The notes under the pieces were generated by a model, which worked only from the letters and a program-made list of their open reading frames with translations, was not told the DNA's origin and did not search any database. A stretch of 64,000 nucleotides of DNA from an uncultured Alphaproteobacteria bacterium (GTDB lineage: Bacteria; Pseudomonadota; Alphaproteobacteria; HIMB59; GCA-002718135): contig CACJAV010000004.1 in the NCBI GenBank assembly GCA_902591485.1, positions 28,502 to 92,501 on the forward strand, written 5' to 3'. Made by a program: the position numbers and the translations under genes. Position 1 is the stretch's first letter. The number at the start of each line of letters is the position of its first letter. Shown here piece after piece: positions 28,151 through 37,414 of the stretch.

Positions 28151-28183
28151 TTTCAGGCGAACAAATTTCTTGTTCGCCTGAAA
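28151..28183 (+). terminator. 14-bp stem-loop directly after the binding-protein gene (intra-operon attenuator or stabiliser)
   Basis: The hairpin is TTTCAGGCGAACAA-atttc-TTGTTCGCCTGAAA. Only a weak U-tract follows. Confidence 0.45.
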
Positions 28184-28204
28184 TATTTCCAATAAAAATA
28201 CATA

Positions 28205-29188
28205 GTGCTAGATATATCTCCATTATTATTTGTATGCTTAGGTATATTATTTTTTTTGTGTTATTTTCATTTTTCTAATTTTTTTTTAGATAAAATAGAT
28301 AAAAAAAAAGGAAAAATTAAATCTCATAAACTTAACTTAAGAGCATTTATTTTTGTAGCTCCTGCATTAATAGTATTTCTAATTTTTATTTTATATCCTG
28401 TATTAGAAACTTTTAGACTGAGTTTTTATGATAAATATGGAAGAGATTTTGTTGGTTTTAATAATTATTTATGGGCTTTTAAAGACCCAGAGTTAAGAAG
28501 AGGATTATTAAACAATTTAGGATGGTTAATTGTCGTTCCTACTTTAAGCACTGCTTTTGGATTAATAATTGCCAATCTTGCAGATAGAATTTGGTGGGGA
28601 ACTATTGCAAAATCTATTATTTTTATGCCAATGGCTATTTCATTTGTGGGAGCAGGAGTCATTTGGAAGTTTATATATGATTACCGAGGTCCTGGTGATG
28701 AACAAATTGGTTTGCTTAATGCAATAGTAGTTTCATTTGGGTATGAACCTCAAGCATGGATCACTATACCTATTTGGAATAATCTTTTTTTAATGGCCAT
28801 AATGATTTGGATACAAACAGGTCTTGCTTTGGTCATTTTTAGTGCTGCACTGAGAGGAATTCCTAAGGAAACTCTAGAAGCTGCAAAAATTGATGGAGCA
28901 AGTGAATTCAAAACATTTACATCAATTATTGTGCCCTATCTAGGTCCAACAATTTTAGTAATTTGGACTATCATAACTATTGTAGTATTAAAAATATTCG
29001 ACATTGTTCTGGCCATGACTAATGGTCAATGGCAAACAGAAGTTCTAGCTAACTTAATGTTTGACTGGATGTTTAGAGGTGGCGGAGACTCAGGCAGAGG
29101 AAGTGTTTTAGCCTTATTCATAATGATAGGAGTAATACCAATAATGGCTTTAAATATTTACAAACACAAACAAGAGCAAAAAATTTAA
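28205..29188 (+). CDS. Sugar ABC transporter permease (MalF/AglF-type)
   Basis: 327 aa with a GTG start. The EAA loop is EAAKIDGASEFKTFTSIIVP. Confidence 0.85.
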   Translation: MLDISPLLFVCLGILFFLCYFHFSNFFLDKIDKKKGKIKSHKLNLRAFIFVAPALIVFLIFILYPVLETFRLSFYDKYGRDFVGFNNYLWAFKDPELRRGLLNNLGWLIVVPTLSTAFGLIIANLADRIWWGTIAKSIIFMPMAISFVGAGVIWKFIYDYRGPGDEQIGLLNAIVVSFGYEPQAWITIPIWNNLFLMAIMIWIQTGLALVIFSAALRGIPKETLEAAKIDGASEFKTFTSIIVPYLGPTILVIWTIITIVVLKIFDIVLAMTNGQWQTEVLANLMFDWMFRGGGDSGRGSVLALFIMIGVIPIMALNIYKHKQEQKI

Positions 29189-30324
29189 TGAAAAAATTAT
29201 CTTTATCTTCTTTATTGTCGCAACTATTGCTTTTGTTTTTTGTGATTATATGGATCACTCCTACTTTTGGTCTTTTTATCAGCTCTCTTAGGGACAAAGA
29301 TCTACTAGCTATTAGTGGATGGTGGACCTCGTTAAAGACAACACAAGTTAATGAAATCTACAGATCTGAAGGAAGTAAAGAGCAGATCCAGGAAAATGAT
29401 CTATTTCTAATTAAAGGGAATATATTTGAAGATGACTCAAATAAAAAAATTATAAGTTATGGAGTTACCTCTAAAAATATTAACGAATTTGATATTGAGC
29501 AAGTAGGAGTATTTAAAGATGGAACTAAAATTCAATTGTTTGAAAATGGAAATTATATTCTTACTTCTTCAAAGGAATTCAAAAAAAAAGGAAAAAGGAT
29601 TTTTGTAACGTCTTTAAGCCCTCCTAAATTTACATTAGACAATTATAGAGAGGTTCTTTTCAATGAAGGATTAGGACAAGCTTTCATCAATACTCTCGCA
29701 GTTGCAATACCATCTGCAATTATACCTCTAGTTATATGTTCTTTTTTTGCTTACGCTTTAACTTGGATGAATTTCTTTGGCAGAGATACTTTACTTGCGC
29801 TTGTTATAGCATCACTCGTTGTTCCATTACAGATGTCATTAATTCCATTATTAAGCATTTATAATGACATAGGGTCTATCATGGGAGTCGGTGCTAAATC
29901 ATATCCTGGGGTATGGATGGCGCACACAGGTTTTGGTTTAGCTTCAACCACCTTCCTACTTCGAAACTTTCTTAAATCCTTACCAAAAGAAATGATTGAA
30001 GCCGCAAAAGTTGATGGAGCTTCTCATTATGATACTTTTTTAAGAATTATATTACCTTTATCTATCCCCGCTTTTGCATCAATTTTTATTCTTCAATTTT
30101 TATGGGTTTGGAATGATCTGCTAGTTGGTTTAGTGTTTCTTGACCAGGTACCAAGTGAAATTATTTTAAGTGCAAAACTAAGAGAGCTTTTAGGGTCCAG
30201 AGGGGAAAACTGGGAAATTTTAACAACTGGTGCTTTTATTTCTATGACAATTCCTTTATTGATATTTTTCTCTTTACAGAAATATTTCATCAGAGGTTTA
30301 GTTGCAGGTTCAGTGAAAGGATAA
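29188..30324 (+). CDS. Sugar ABC transporter permease (MalG/AglG-type) with a ~110-aa periplasmic insert after TM1
   Basis: 378 aa. The EAA loop is EAAKVDGASHYDTFLRIILP. A TAATG overlap joins it to the upstream permease. Confidence 0.85.
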   Translation: MKKLSLSSLLSQLLLLFFVIIWITPTFGLFISSLRDKDLLAISGWWTSLKTTQVNEIYRSEGSKEQIQENDLFLIKGNIFEDDSNKKIISYGVTSKNINEFDIEQVGVFKDGTKIQLFENGNYILTSSKEFKKKGKRIFVTSLSPPKFTLDNYREVLFNEGLGQAFINTLAVAIPSAIIPLVICSFFAYALTWMNFFGRDTLLALVIASLVVPLQMSLIPLLSIYNDIGSIMGVGAKSYPGVWMAHTGFGLASTTFLLRNFLKSLPKEMIEAAKVDGASHYDTFLRIILPLSIPAFASIFILQFLWVWNDLLVGLVFLDQVPSEIILSAKLRELLGSRGENWEILTTGAFISMTIPLLIFFSLQKYFIRGLVAGSVKG

Positions 30325-30327
30325 TGA

Positions 30328-31644
30328 ATGAATAAAATTGTTTTAATAGGTGCAGGCAGTACTAATTTTGGACTTGGTACAGTAAGTGATATTTTTAAAT
30401 CTAAACAATTAAATGGCTCAACAATTGTATTACATGATATTAATCCGGCGACCCTTGCAAAAACAAAAGAAATTGCTGATAAATACAAAGATAAGCTTAA
30501 CGCAGACTTCACTATAACTGCCACTACGAACAGAGAAGAAGCGCTAAAAGATGCAAACTTTTGTATAATTTCAATTGAAATTGGAAAAAGATTTGAATTA
30601 TGGGACCAAGATTGGAAACTTCCACTTCAATATGGAATTAAACAAATTTATGGTGAAAATGGAGGCCCAGGAGGACTTTTCCATTCTTTAAGAATAGCTC
30701 CAGTGATTGTTGAGATTTGTGATGATATAATGAAAATTTGTCCTGAAGCATTCGTATTTAACTATTCGAATCCTATGCAAAGAATTTGTCATGCAGTTAC
30801 AACAAAACATCCGAATTTAAAATTTACAGGTCTGTGTCATGAAATTGCTTCTATGGAGAGGCAATTGCCAACTTTAATGGAAACAGAATTTTCAAACATT
30901 GCGATAAAGGCTGGAGGTTTAAATCATTTTAGTATTCTTTTAGAAGCAAAATATAAAGATACTGGAAAAGATGGGTATCCAATGATTAAAGAAAAATTTT
31001 ATAATTATTATTCAAAGCTAATTAACGAACATGAAGGTCACCCATCAGAACCTGGAGCAGAAAGAGGGGTGTTTTTTGAATTATATAAACAATATGGATA
31101 TTTACCTATCACAACTGATAGTCATCTTGGTGAATATTTGCAATGGGCTTATAGTGTTGCTGATCATGAAGGTATTATGGATTTTTATGACAATTATAAA
31201 AAACGTTGTTTGTCATTTTATGATGATGAAAATTCTTATAGTAAATTTTTTGATACAAAAGAGTTAAAAAATCAAGAAAGAATAGTACCAATTATAGAAG
31301 CTATTTTAAATGATTCTAATATTGAAGAGTCTGCTGTTAATATTCCAAACAACAATTTTATTCCACAAGTGCCAAATGGTATAGTTGTTGAAGTGCCAGG
31401 AATATTAAATAAAAATGGAGTAACAGGTCTTAAGCTAAATAATTATCCATCCTCTTTTGGTACTTTGCTAAATAATCAATCAGGTACAATACAATTAACA
31501 ACTGATGCCGTTCTGAATAAATCAAAGCATAGTGCTTATTTAGCTATGTTAGCGGATCCAGTTGTGGATAATGCAAGGTCAGCTGAAAAGTTGTTAGATA
31601 CAATTATTGAGTTTCAAAATGAATATCTTGGATATTTAAAATAG
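30328..31644 (+). CDS. Glycoside hydrolase family 4 (NAD/Mn-dependent alpha-glucosidase or alpha-galactosidase type)
   Basis: 438 aa with N-terminal IVLIGAGSTNFG Rossmann motif, YSNPM and GLCHE motifs. Confidence 0.85.
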   Translation: MNKIVLIGAGSTNFGLGTVSDIFKSKQLNGSTIVLHDINPATLAKTKEIADKYKDKLNADFTITATTNREEALKDANFCIISIEIGKRFELWDQDWKLPLQYGIKQIYGENGGPGGLFHSLRIAPVIVEICDDIMKICPEAFVFNYSNPMQRICHAVTTKHPNLKFTGLCHEIASMERQLPTLMETEFSNIAIKAGGLNHFSILLEAKYKDTGKDGYPMIKEKFYNYYSKLINEHEGHPSEPGAERGVFFELYKQYGYLPITTDSHLGEYLQWAYSVADHEGIMDFYDNYKKRCLSFYDDENSYSKFFDTKELKNQERIVPIIEAILNDSNIEESAVNIPNNNFIPQVPNGIVVEVPGILNKNGVTGLKLNNYPSSFGTLLNNQSGTIQLTTDAVLNKSKHSAYLAMLADPVVDNARSAEKLLDTIIEFQNEYLGYLK

Positions 31645-31716
31645 AACTTGCAAAAAATACCTTATTACCCTAAAAAATAATTATAACGCTTGAAAGATCG
31701 CTCAAAGGAGGATGAA

Positions 31717-32796
31717 GTGGCAGATATAAATATAAATACAGTTAATAAGTACTACGGAGATGTACACGTCATAAAGGACGTATCTCTAGATATAAAAAGT
31801 CAATCTTTTACAGTTCTAGTTGGGCCATCAGGTTGTGGTAAATCAACAATGCTGAGAATGATAGCAGGTTTAGAAGATATAAATTCTGGAACTATTTCAA
31901 TTGATGGTCAGGTTGTTAACGACCTACCACCAAAGCAAAGAAATATAGCAATGGTTTTCCAATCGTACGCTTTATATCCACATATGACAGTTTTTGACAA
32001 CATGGCATTTGGATTAAAGTTAGAGAAAAGATCTAAAGATGAAATTAATGAAAGAGTTCAAGAGGCAGCAAGAATTCTTCAAATAGAAGACTATCTTCAC
32101 AGAAAACCTAAACAACTATCTGGTGGTCAAAGACAGAGAGTTGCAATTGGTAGAGCCATTACTCGAAAACCTAAAGTTTTTTTATTTGATGAGCCGTTAT
32201 CGAACCTGGATGCAGCACTACGTGTTCAGATGCGTGTTGAGTTAGCAAAATTACATGACCAACTAAATGCAACAATGATTTATGTTACACATGATCAAAC
32301 TGAAGCAATGACCCTTGCGAATGATATTGTCGTATTAGATGAAGGTATAGTTTCTCAAAAAGGTTCACCGATGGATCTCTACAACAGTCCCAATAACTTG
32401 TTTGTAGGTGGTTTTATTGGTTCCCCTAAAATGAATTTTATCTCCACTAAAATTATAAGCAAAAGTGGCGATAAGACTGAGGTTGATATAATGGGATCTT
32501 CTAAAATTAGCATTCCAAAAACGTCTGCTTCAGCTTCCGAAGGTGACTCAGTTGAATTAGGCATTAGACCCGAACACTTAACTGTTAACCAGAGTGGTGA
32601 TGCTAGCTGGGAAAGCAAAGTGTTTGTTGTAGAAAAACTAGGTTCAGGAACTTTCCTATACCTTGAAAAAGAAGGAGAGCCATTAGTTGTAGAAACTGAT
32701 GGAGACTCAAATATTAAAGTTGGTGACACAGTAAAAGTAGGATTTGACGCTGAACGCTGTCACCTATTTGATAGCTCAAAACAAGCTTTCAAATAA
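31717..32796 (+). CDS. Sugar ABC transporter ATP-binding protein (MalK/UgpC/MsiK type)
   Basis: GTG at 31717 gives (M)ADININTVNKYYG, preceded by AAGGAGG (31705-31711). GPSGCGKST, LSGGQRQRVAIGRA and LFDEPLSNLD motifs are present. The ORF-track TTG at 31690 is rejected. Confidence 0.9.
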   Translation: MADININTVNKYYGDVHVIKDVSLDIKSQSFTVLVGPSGCGKSTMLRMIAGLEDINSGTISIDGQVVNDLPPKQRNIAMVFQSYALYPHMTVFDNMAFGLKLEKRSKDEINERVQEAARILQIEDYLHRKPKQLSGGQRQRVAIGRAITRKPKVFLFDEPLSNLDAALRVQMRVELAKLHDQLNATMIYVTHDQTEAMTLANDIVVLDEGIVSQKGSPMDLYNSPNNLFVGGFIGSPKMNFISTKIISKSGDKTEVDIMGSSKISIPKTSASASEGDSVELGIRPEHLTVNQSGDASWESKVFVVEKLGSGTFLYLEKEGEPLVVETDGDSNIKVGDTVKVGFDAERCHLFDSSKQAFK

Positions 32797-32812
32797 TAGA
32801 ATCGATATTTTT

Positions 32813-32837
32813 AAATGCCCCGTATTAAGGGGCATTT
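32813..32837. terminator. Bidirectional stem-loop terminator between convergent malK-like and glpD genes
   Basis: The hairpin is AAATGCCCC-gtattaa-GGGGCATTT. Confidence 0.6.
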
Positions 32838-32851
32838 CCAAAGCGTTTTGG
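32838..32851. promoter_or_regulatory. Third LacI-operator-like site (13/14 match to the O1/O2 core)
   Basis: CCAAAGCGTTTTGG abuts the terminator hairpin at the 3' end of the operon. Confidence 0.35.
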
Positions 32852-32991
32852 ATATATATAGCCATAAAATACTACTAATTTATATTAATTTTTGAGCAGA
32901 GGGTTTCATATTATTTCCTCCTATAAGAAGTATTCCTCTTGTAAACTTCTCTGCTCTTCAAAATGAGAAGATCGTGCACGAGGAATGCTTT

Positions 32992-34155
32992 TTATAGTGG
33001 TTTAGAGTCTGTCCAATTTCTTGTTTTAGTATCAGGTAAATAAGGAGATAATTCTTCCATTACCTTTTCTGATAACTTTCTATAAGTGGTAAGTTTTCCA
33101 CCATAAATATTTAATAAAGGTACATTATTATCCTCACAGTTTAAATCAAAAACATAATCTCTAGTTACTTTTGAAGCTTCTTTAAAATCTTCAATCAAAG
33201 GACGTATACCTGAGTACGTATCAACAATATCCTCTTGAGAAATTTGCCTAATAAAATGATTATTAATTGTATTAACTAAATAAATTTTCTCTTCATCAGA
33301 AATTGATGGATTGTCTGGTGAATGAACATCAACTTCCGTTGTCCCAATGAGAGAGTACTCGTCTTTATACGGAATTACAAAAACAATTCTATTATCATCA
33401 TTTTGCAAAGTAAACGCTACTTCCTCTTCATATAATTTTTTTGTAATGATGTGACTTCCTCTTACAAGCCTAATTGATTTTTTTGCATTAATTTTGAGGA
33501 CATTGTTAACGGTTTCATTAATCCATGGTCCTGCTGCATTTATTAAAATTTTTGATTTTATTTTATTTTTATTATTAAGAGTTATTTCCCAATAATTGTC
33601 TATTCTATTTGCATTTATTACTTTTGTATCTTCTGCAATAATGGCGCCCATTTTTTTTGCATCATCTATATTCATTTCTACTAATTTCTTGTCATCAACT
33701 TGGACATCATAATACTGGAAACCATCTGAAAACTTTGATTGTAATATATTTTGATATTTTTTATTAAAATTAATTTTAGATGATTTAGGTATTTTTGATT
33801 TACCACCAAGATTATCATATAAAAATAATCCGAGTCTAATTAAAAATTTTGATCTTAATTTTTTAGTATGCGGAATGACAAATGGCAAAGGTTTAGTAAT
33901 TGATGGAGCAATTTTAGTAATTACTTCTCTTTCTCTAAGAGACTCAGCAACAAGTTTGAACTCATAATTTTCTAAATATCTTAAACCGCCATGTATTAGC
34001 TTAGATGACCAAGAAGATGTTGCAGAACCTACCTTTCCCTTTTCTGCCAAATAGACTTTTAAGCCTCTACCACTGGCATCTCTTGCGATTCCAGCGCCAT
34101 TTATCCCACCACCTATTATAAAAATATCATATTTAATATTTTGTGTTTCCATCAT
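32992..34155 (-). CDS. glpD: Glycerol-3-phosphate dehydrogenase (FAD, GlpD-type), short form lacking the C-terminal ~110-aa domain
   Basis: 387 aa. DIFIIGGGINGAGIARDASGRG, KLIHGGLRYLE and YGGKLTTYRKL motifs are present. It ends ...NWTDSKPL*, where E. coli GlpD (501 aa, from memory) continues with LPGG and a helical domain. Confidence 0.8.
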   Translation of the reverse strand: MMETQNIKYDIFIIGGGINGAGIARDASGRGLKVYLAEKGKVGSATSSWSSKLIHGGLRYLENYEFKLVAESLREREVITKIAPSITKPLPFVIPHTKKLRSKFLIRLGLFLYDNLGGKSKIPKSSKINFNKKYQNILQSKFSDGFQYYDVQVDDKKLVEMNIDDAKKMGAIIAEDTKVINANRIDNYWEITLNNKNKIKSKILINAAGPWINETVNNVLKINAKKSIRLVRGSHIITKKLYEEEVAFTLQNDDNRIVFVIPYKDEYSLIGTTEVDVHSPDNPSISDEEKIYLVNTINNHFIRQISQEDIVDTYSGIRPLIEDFKEASKVTRDYVFDLNCEDNNVPLLNIYGGKLTTYRKLSEKVMEELSPYLPDTKTRNWTDSKPL

Positions 34156-34232
34156 ATATTTTTTATTTTTTTTATAATTTTTATATTTATTAATTTTATA
34201 ATAATTATAAAAAATTTAATTAAAAAATTTAG

Positions 34233-34246
34233 GTAAAACGCTTTAC
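34233..34246. promoter_or_regulatory. Imperfect LacI-type palindrome in the glpD/ugpB divergent region
   Basis: GTAAAACGCTTTAC has the AAnCGnTT core. It is the only G/C-containing block in a 193-bp almost pure A/T intergenic region. Confidence 0.3.
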
Positions 34247-34348
34247 TTGATATCATATTTGTTTAAGTATTTTATTATAAAAATGTAATATTTTTATTTT
34301 AAAAAAATTATGTTTTTAGAATTATAAATCTTTTTTTTAGGAGGATAA

Positions 34349-35659
34349 ATGAAAAATTTATTTAAATTTTTTATAGCTTTAGTAACTGCTTCCTTTTTAT
34401 CATTACCAACAATTGCAAAGCCTATAGAGCTTCATTATTGGCATGGTCATACAGGAAAACTTGAAGCTATTATTAATGAAATTGCAGACAGATGGAATGC
34501 GAGTCAAGATGAGTCAGTTTTAATTCCAACCAGTAAAGGTAGTTATGAGGACATCCTAGCTGCATTTATTGCTGCTTACAGAGCTGGTGAACATCCACAC
34601 ATGGTTCAAGTATATGATGCAGGTGCTGCAATAATGGTAGCTCAAGTTAAAAATGGTGTTGTATACCCATTTGAAGACATGGCAGCTGAATATGGTGTAG
34701 ACTTTAATAAGGATGACTACATTCCTGGTATTAGAAATTTCTATGCTGACTCAGATGGAAAAATGATTGGTATACCTTTTAATAGTTCAACTTGTTTGAT
34801 GTATGCCAACATGGATATCCTAGAAGCTGCTGGAGTTGAAGTTCCAAAAACTTATGAGGAATTTGAACAAATTGCACCTAAAATTCTAGAAGCTGGTTAT
34901 ACGCCATTATTACAAAGTCACAGCCCTTGGATTTGGACTGAAAATTTCTTTTCAAGACATAATCTACTTATGACTGATGGTAACAATGGTTATGATGATG
35001 TACCAACGACTACTTTATTTGCTGATACTCCAGAATTTATTACTCACTGGACTAAAGTAAAAGAGTGGAAAGATAAAGGATGGTACGATTATAAAGGCCG
35101 TGCATGGGGAGATAACCAAGCACCATTTATTGCTGGTGAAGCTGCTTTCTGGCTTGGATCTGCTGCCTCATTTAGTGGTATGAAAGGTGTTGTTCCAAAC
35201 TTCACTGTTAATCACATCCCTTATTGGGATTCAATTACTGGAGGTAAGGAATATCCAACATTTATTGGTGGTGCTGCAAACTGGATTTTATCAGGTAAAT
35301 CTGATGAAGAATACGCTGCACTAATGAAATTAGCTGAATTCATGACATCTCCTGAACAACAATTGTTCTATCATAACATGTCAGGTTATGCTGCTGTTAC
35401 GTACTCAGCAACAGATCTAGCTAATGAGATTGGCTTCTACGAAGCTTCTCCTTATCATAAAGCTGTTGGTGAACAGCTAAGTTTAACTGGTTCAACTATT
35501 CCTGGTGGATATAGAGCTGGAAACTGGCCGCAAATTCGTGAAGTCCTATATGAGAATTACCCTAAAATGTTGAATGGGGAAATAAGTATAGAGGAAGGCA
35601 TGAAAAGAATGGATGAAGGAGCTTCTAAATTGCTTGCTCAGTTCGCTAAAACTTTATAA
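34349..35659 (+). CDS. ugpB: sn-Glycerol-3-phosphate ABC transporter substrate-binding protein
   Basis: 436 aa with a signal peptide. AGGAGG lies 6 nt upstream. Blocks match E. coli UgpB from memory: YWHG..GKLE, PTSKGSYEDILAAFIAAYRAG, FNSSTCLMYANMD and RAGNWPQIR. Confidence 0.85.
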   Translation: MKNLFKFFIALVTASFLSLPTIAKPIELHYWHGHTGKLEAIINEIADRWNASQDESVLIPTSKGSYEDILAAFIAAYRAGEHPHMVQVYDAGAAIMVAQVKNGVVYPFEDMAAEYGVDFNKDDYIPGIRNFYADSDGKMIGIPFNSSTCLMYANMDILEAAGVEVPKTYEEFEQIAPKILEAGYTPLLQSHSPWIWTENFFSRHNLLMTDGNNGYDDVPTTTLFADTPEFITHWTKVKEWKDKGWYDYKGRAWGDNQAPFIAGEAAFWLGSAASFSGMKGVVPNFTVNHIPYWDSITGGKEYPTFIGGAANWILSGKSDEEYAALMKLAEFMTSPEQQLFYHNMSGYAAVTYSATDLANEIGFYEASPYHKAVGEQLSLTGSTIPGGYRAGNWPQIREVLYENYPKMLNGEISIEEGMKRMDEGASKLLAQFAKTL

Positions 35660-35675
35660 CATCAACACAATATAT

Positions 35676-35695
35676 GGAGGGCTTTAAGGCCCTCC
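35676..35695 (+). terminator. GC-rich stem-loop directly after ugpB (intra-operon attenuator or stabiliser)
   Basis: The hairpin is GGAGGGCT-ttaa-GGCCCTCC. Confidence 0.45.
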
Positions 35696-35709
35696 TATTA
35701 AATTAAATT

Positions 35710-36588
35710 ATGAAAAGAGTCCAATTTAGTTCTTATTTTACACAATATTTTTTTATTGCTCCTCAACTTGCAATAATATTAATTTTTTTATATTTGCCTA
35801 TTGTTCAAACATTTAGAGATGCATTTACAATACAAGATGCATTTGGCTTTGGACGATATTTTTCTGGTCTTGATAATTTTACTTTTGTCTTATCTGATCC
35901 TAATTATATTACTGCATTAAAATTTACTTTGATTTTTATTGTTGTTATCACATTCTTCTCTTGCTCAATTGGATTACTATTGGCTGTTCAAGCAAACAAT
36001 GTCATTCATGGTAAAAGCGCATATAAAACACTTTTAATTTGGCCTTATGCAATTGCACCGGCTGTTGTTGGAGTAACTGCTAATTACTTTTTTAGTGAAA
36101 GACTTGGAATACTCTATAATTTTTTTAACGGACTTTGGGGATTTGATTGGTATGACAATGTATACGATGCTTATATTTATGTGTTCATTGCAGCATCGTG
36201 GAAACAAATCAGTGCAAATTTTATTTTCTTTTTGGCAGGCCTACAAAATATTCAAAAATCAATAATTGAAGCATCGATTATTGATTGTAAAAGTAGTTTT
36301 AGAAGATTTTGGACAATAACCTTCCCTCTTCTCATGCCGACAACATTCTTTCTCATAATTATAAATATAACTTATTCATTTTTTGATACTTTAGGGATTA
36401 TAGACACAACTACTATTGGTGCTCCAAGTGGAGAAACAAAAACACTTGTTTATAAAGCTTATATTGATGGATTTAAAGGTTTAGACCTTGGAAGTGCTGG
36501 CGCACAATCCATAATAATGATGCTAATTGTGTTAGTCATTACTGTATTTCAATTTAGATTTATTGAAGGAAAAATTCATTACAATTAA
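35710..36588 (+). CDS. ugpA: G3P ABC transporter permease (MalF-type)
   Basis: 292 aa with 6 TM segments. The EAA-like loop is EASIIDCKSSFRRFWTITFP. Confidence 0.85.
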   Translation: MKRVQFSSYFTQYFFIAPQLAIILIFLYLPIVQTFRDAFTIQDAFGFGRYFSGLDNFTFVLSDPNYITALKFTLIFIVVITFFSCSIGLLLAVQANNVIHGKSAYKTLLIWPYAIAPAVVGVTANYFFSERLGILYNFFNGLWGFDWYDNVYDAYIYVFIAASWKQISANFIFFLAGLQNIQKSIIEASIIDCKSSFRRFWTITFPLLMPTTFFLIIINITYSFFDTLGIIDTTTIGAPSGETKTLVYKAYIDGFKGLDLGSAGAQSIIMMLIVLVITVFQFRFIEGKIHYN

Positions 36589-36589
36589 T

Positions 36590-37414
36590 ATGAGCAGGAT
36601 ATTTAGAATAACTGTATCTCACTCAATCTTAATTTGCGGTGTGCTTCTTATGATTGTTCCTCTTTGGTTGGTATTTGCAAGTTCAACACACAGTAATAGT
36701 TTTATTTATAATGAAGGCATGCAATGGAAGATTGGAGGAGAGTTTTTTGATAATTACGATAGAGTGCTAAATAGAAAAGGCGGTTTTACAAAAGAAATTA
36801 CCGCAAGTGGAATTTTTTATAATAGTTTTATCATGGCTTTTGGTATCGCAAGCCTATCTGTATTTGTTTCTATGATGGCTGCTTACTCTCTTGTGTATTT
36901 TAAAACACGTTTTTCAACATTATTTTTTTGGTTAATATTTGTAACACTACTTGTTCCTTTAGAACTTCGTATTTTGCCTAGCTATCAAATTGTTTCTGAT
37001 TTAAATTTATTAAATTCTTATGCAGGTTTAATACTGCCTTTATCTGCATCAGCTATTGCTACATTTTTCTTTCGTCAATATTACCGATCTATTCCTGAAG
37101 AACTTTTGGAAGCTGCAAAATTAGATGGGGCAAATAGTTGGAAATTCTTTATCGATTTTTTAGTTCCACTATCTAAAACGATGATAGCTGCAATGTTTAT
37201 CTTTATGTTTGTGTACGGGTACAATCAATATCTTTGGCCACTGATAATGACAACTTCTGAGAAGTACTGGACAGTAGTTATGGGGCTAAAAATGATTTAC
37301 GGCGGTAACAGTGTTGATAGATATACCTATGTAATATTATCATTGATACCACCAGTGATAATAATTGTATTTTTGCAAAGACTTTTTATTCAAGGATTAT
37401 TTCAGTCAAAATGA
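36590..37414 (+). CDS. ugpE: G3P ABC transporter permease UgpE, copy 1 (the more diverged copy)
   Basis: ATG at 36590 gives MSRIFRITVSH..., colinear with copy 2 (MSSRTLQFTAH...). The ORF-track TTG at 36563 is rejected. The EAA loop is EAAKLDGANSWKFFIDFLVPLSK. Confidence 0.85.
   Translation: MSRIFRITVSHSILICGVLLMIVPLWLVFASSTHSNSFIYNEGMQWKIGGEFFDNYDRVLNRKGGFTKEITASGIFYNSFIMAFGIASLSVFVSMMAAYSLVYFKTRFSTLFFWLIFVTLLVPLELRILPSYQIVSDLNLLNSYAGLILPLSASAIATFFFRQYYRSIPEELLEAAKLDGANSWKFFIDFLVPLSKTMIAAMFIFMFVYGYNQYLWPLIMTTSEKYWTVVMGLKMIYGGNSVDRYTYVILSLIPPVIIIVFLQRLFIQGLFQSK
37100..37152 (+). repeat. 53-bp tract 100% identical to 37921-37973
   Basis: Compared base by base. It encodes ELLEAAKLDGANSWKFFI (the EAA loop). 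Flanking synonymous sites in the two copies are diverged. Confidence 0.95.

Noticed and set aside
32914-32991. Read-through or frameshift rescue of the missing GlpD C-terminal domain.
   Set aside because: In-frame continuation after the TAA gives KAFLVHDLLILKSREVYKRNTSYRRK*, which is unrelated to GlpD. The 195-bp spacer is too short for the ~110 missing residues in any frame. The gene is therefore reported as a short CDS rather than a frameshifted pseudogene.
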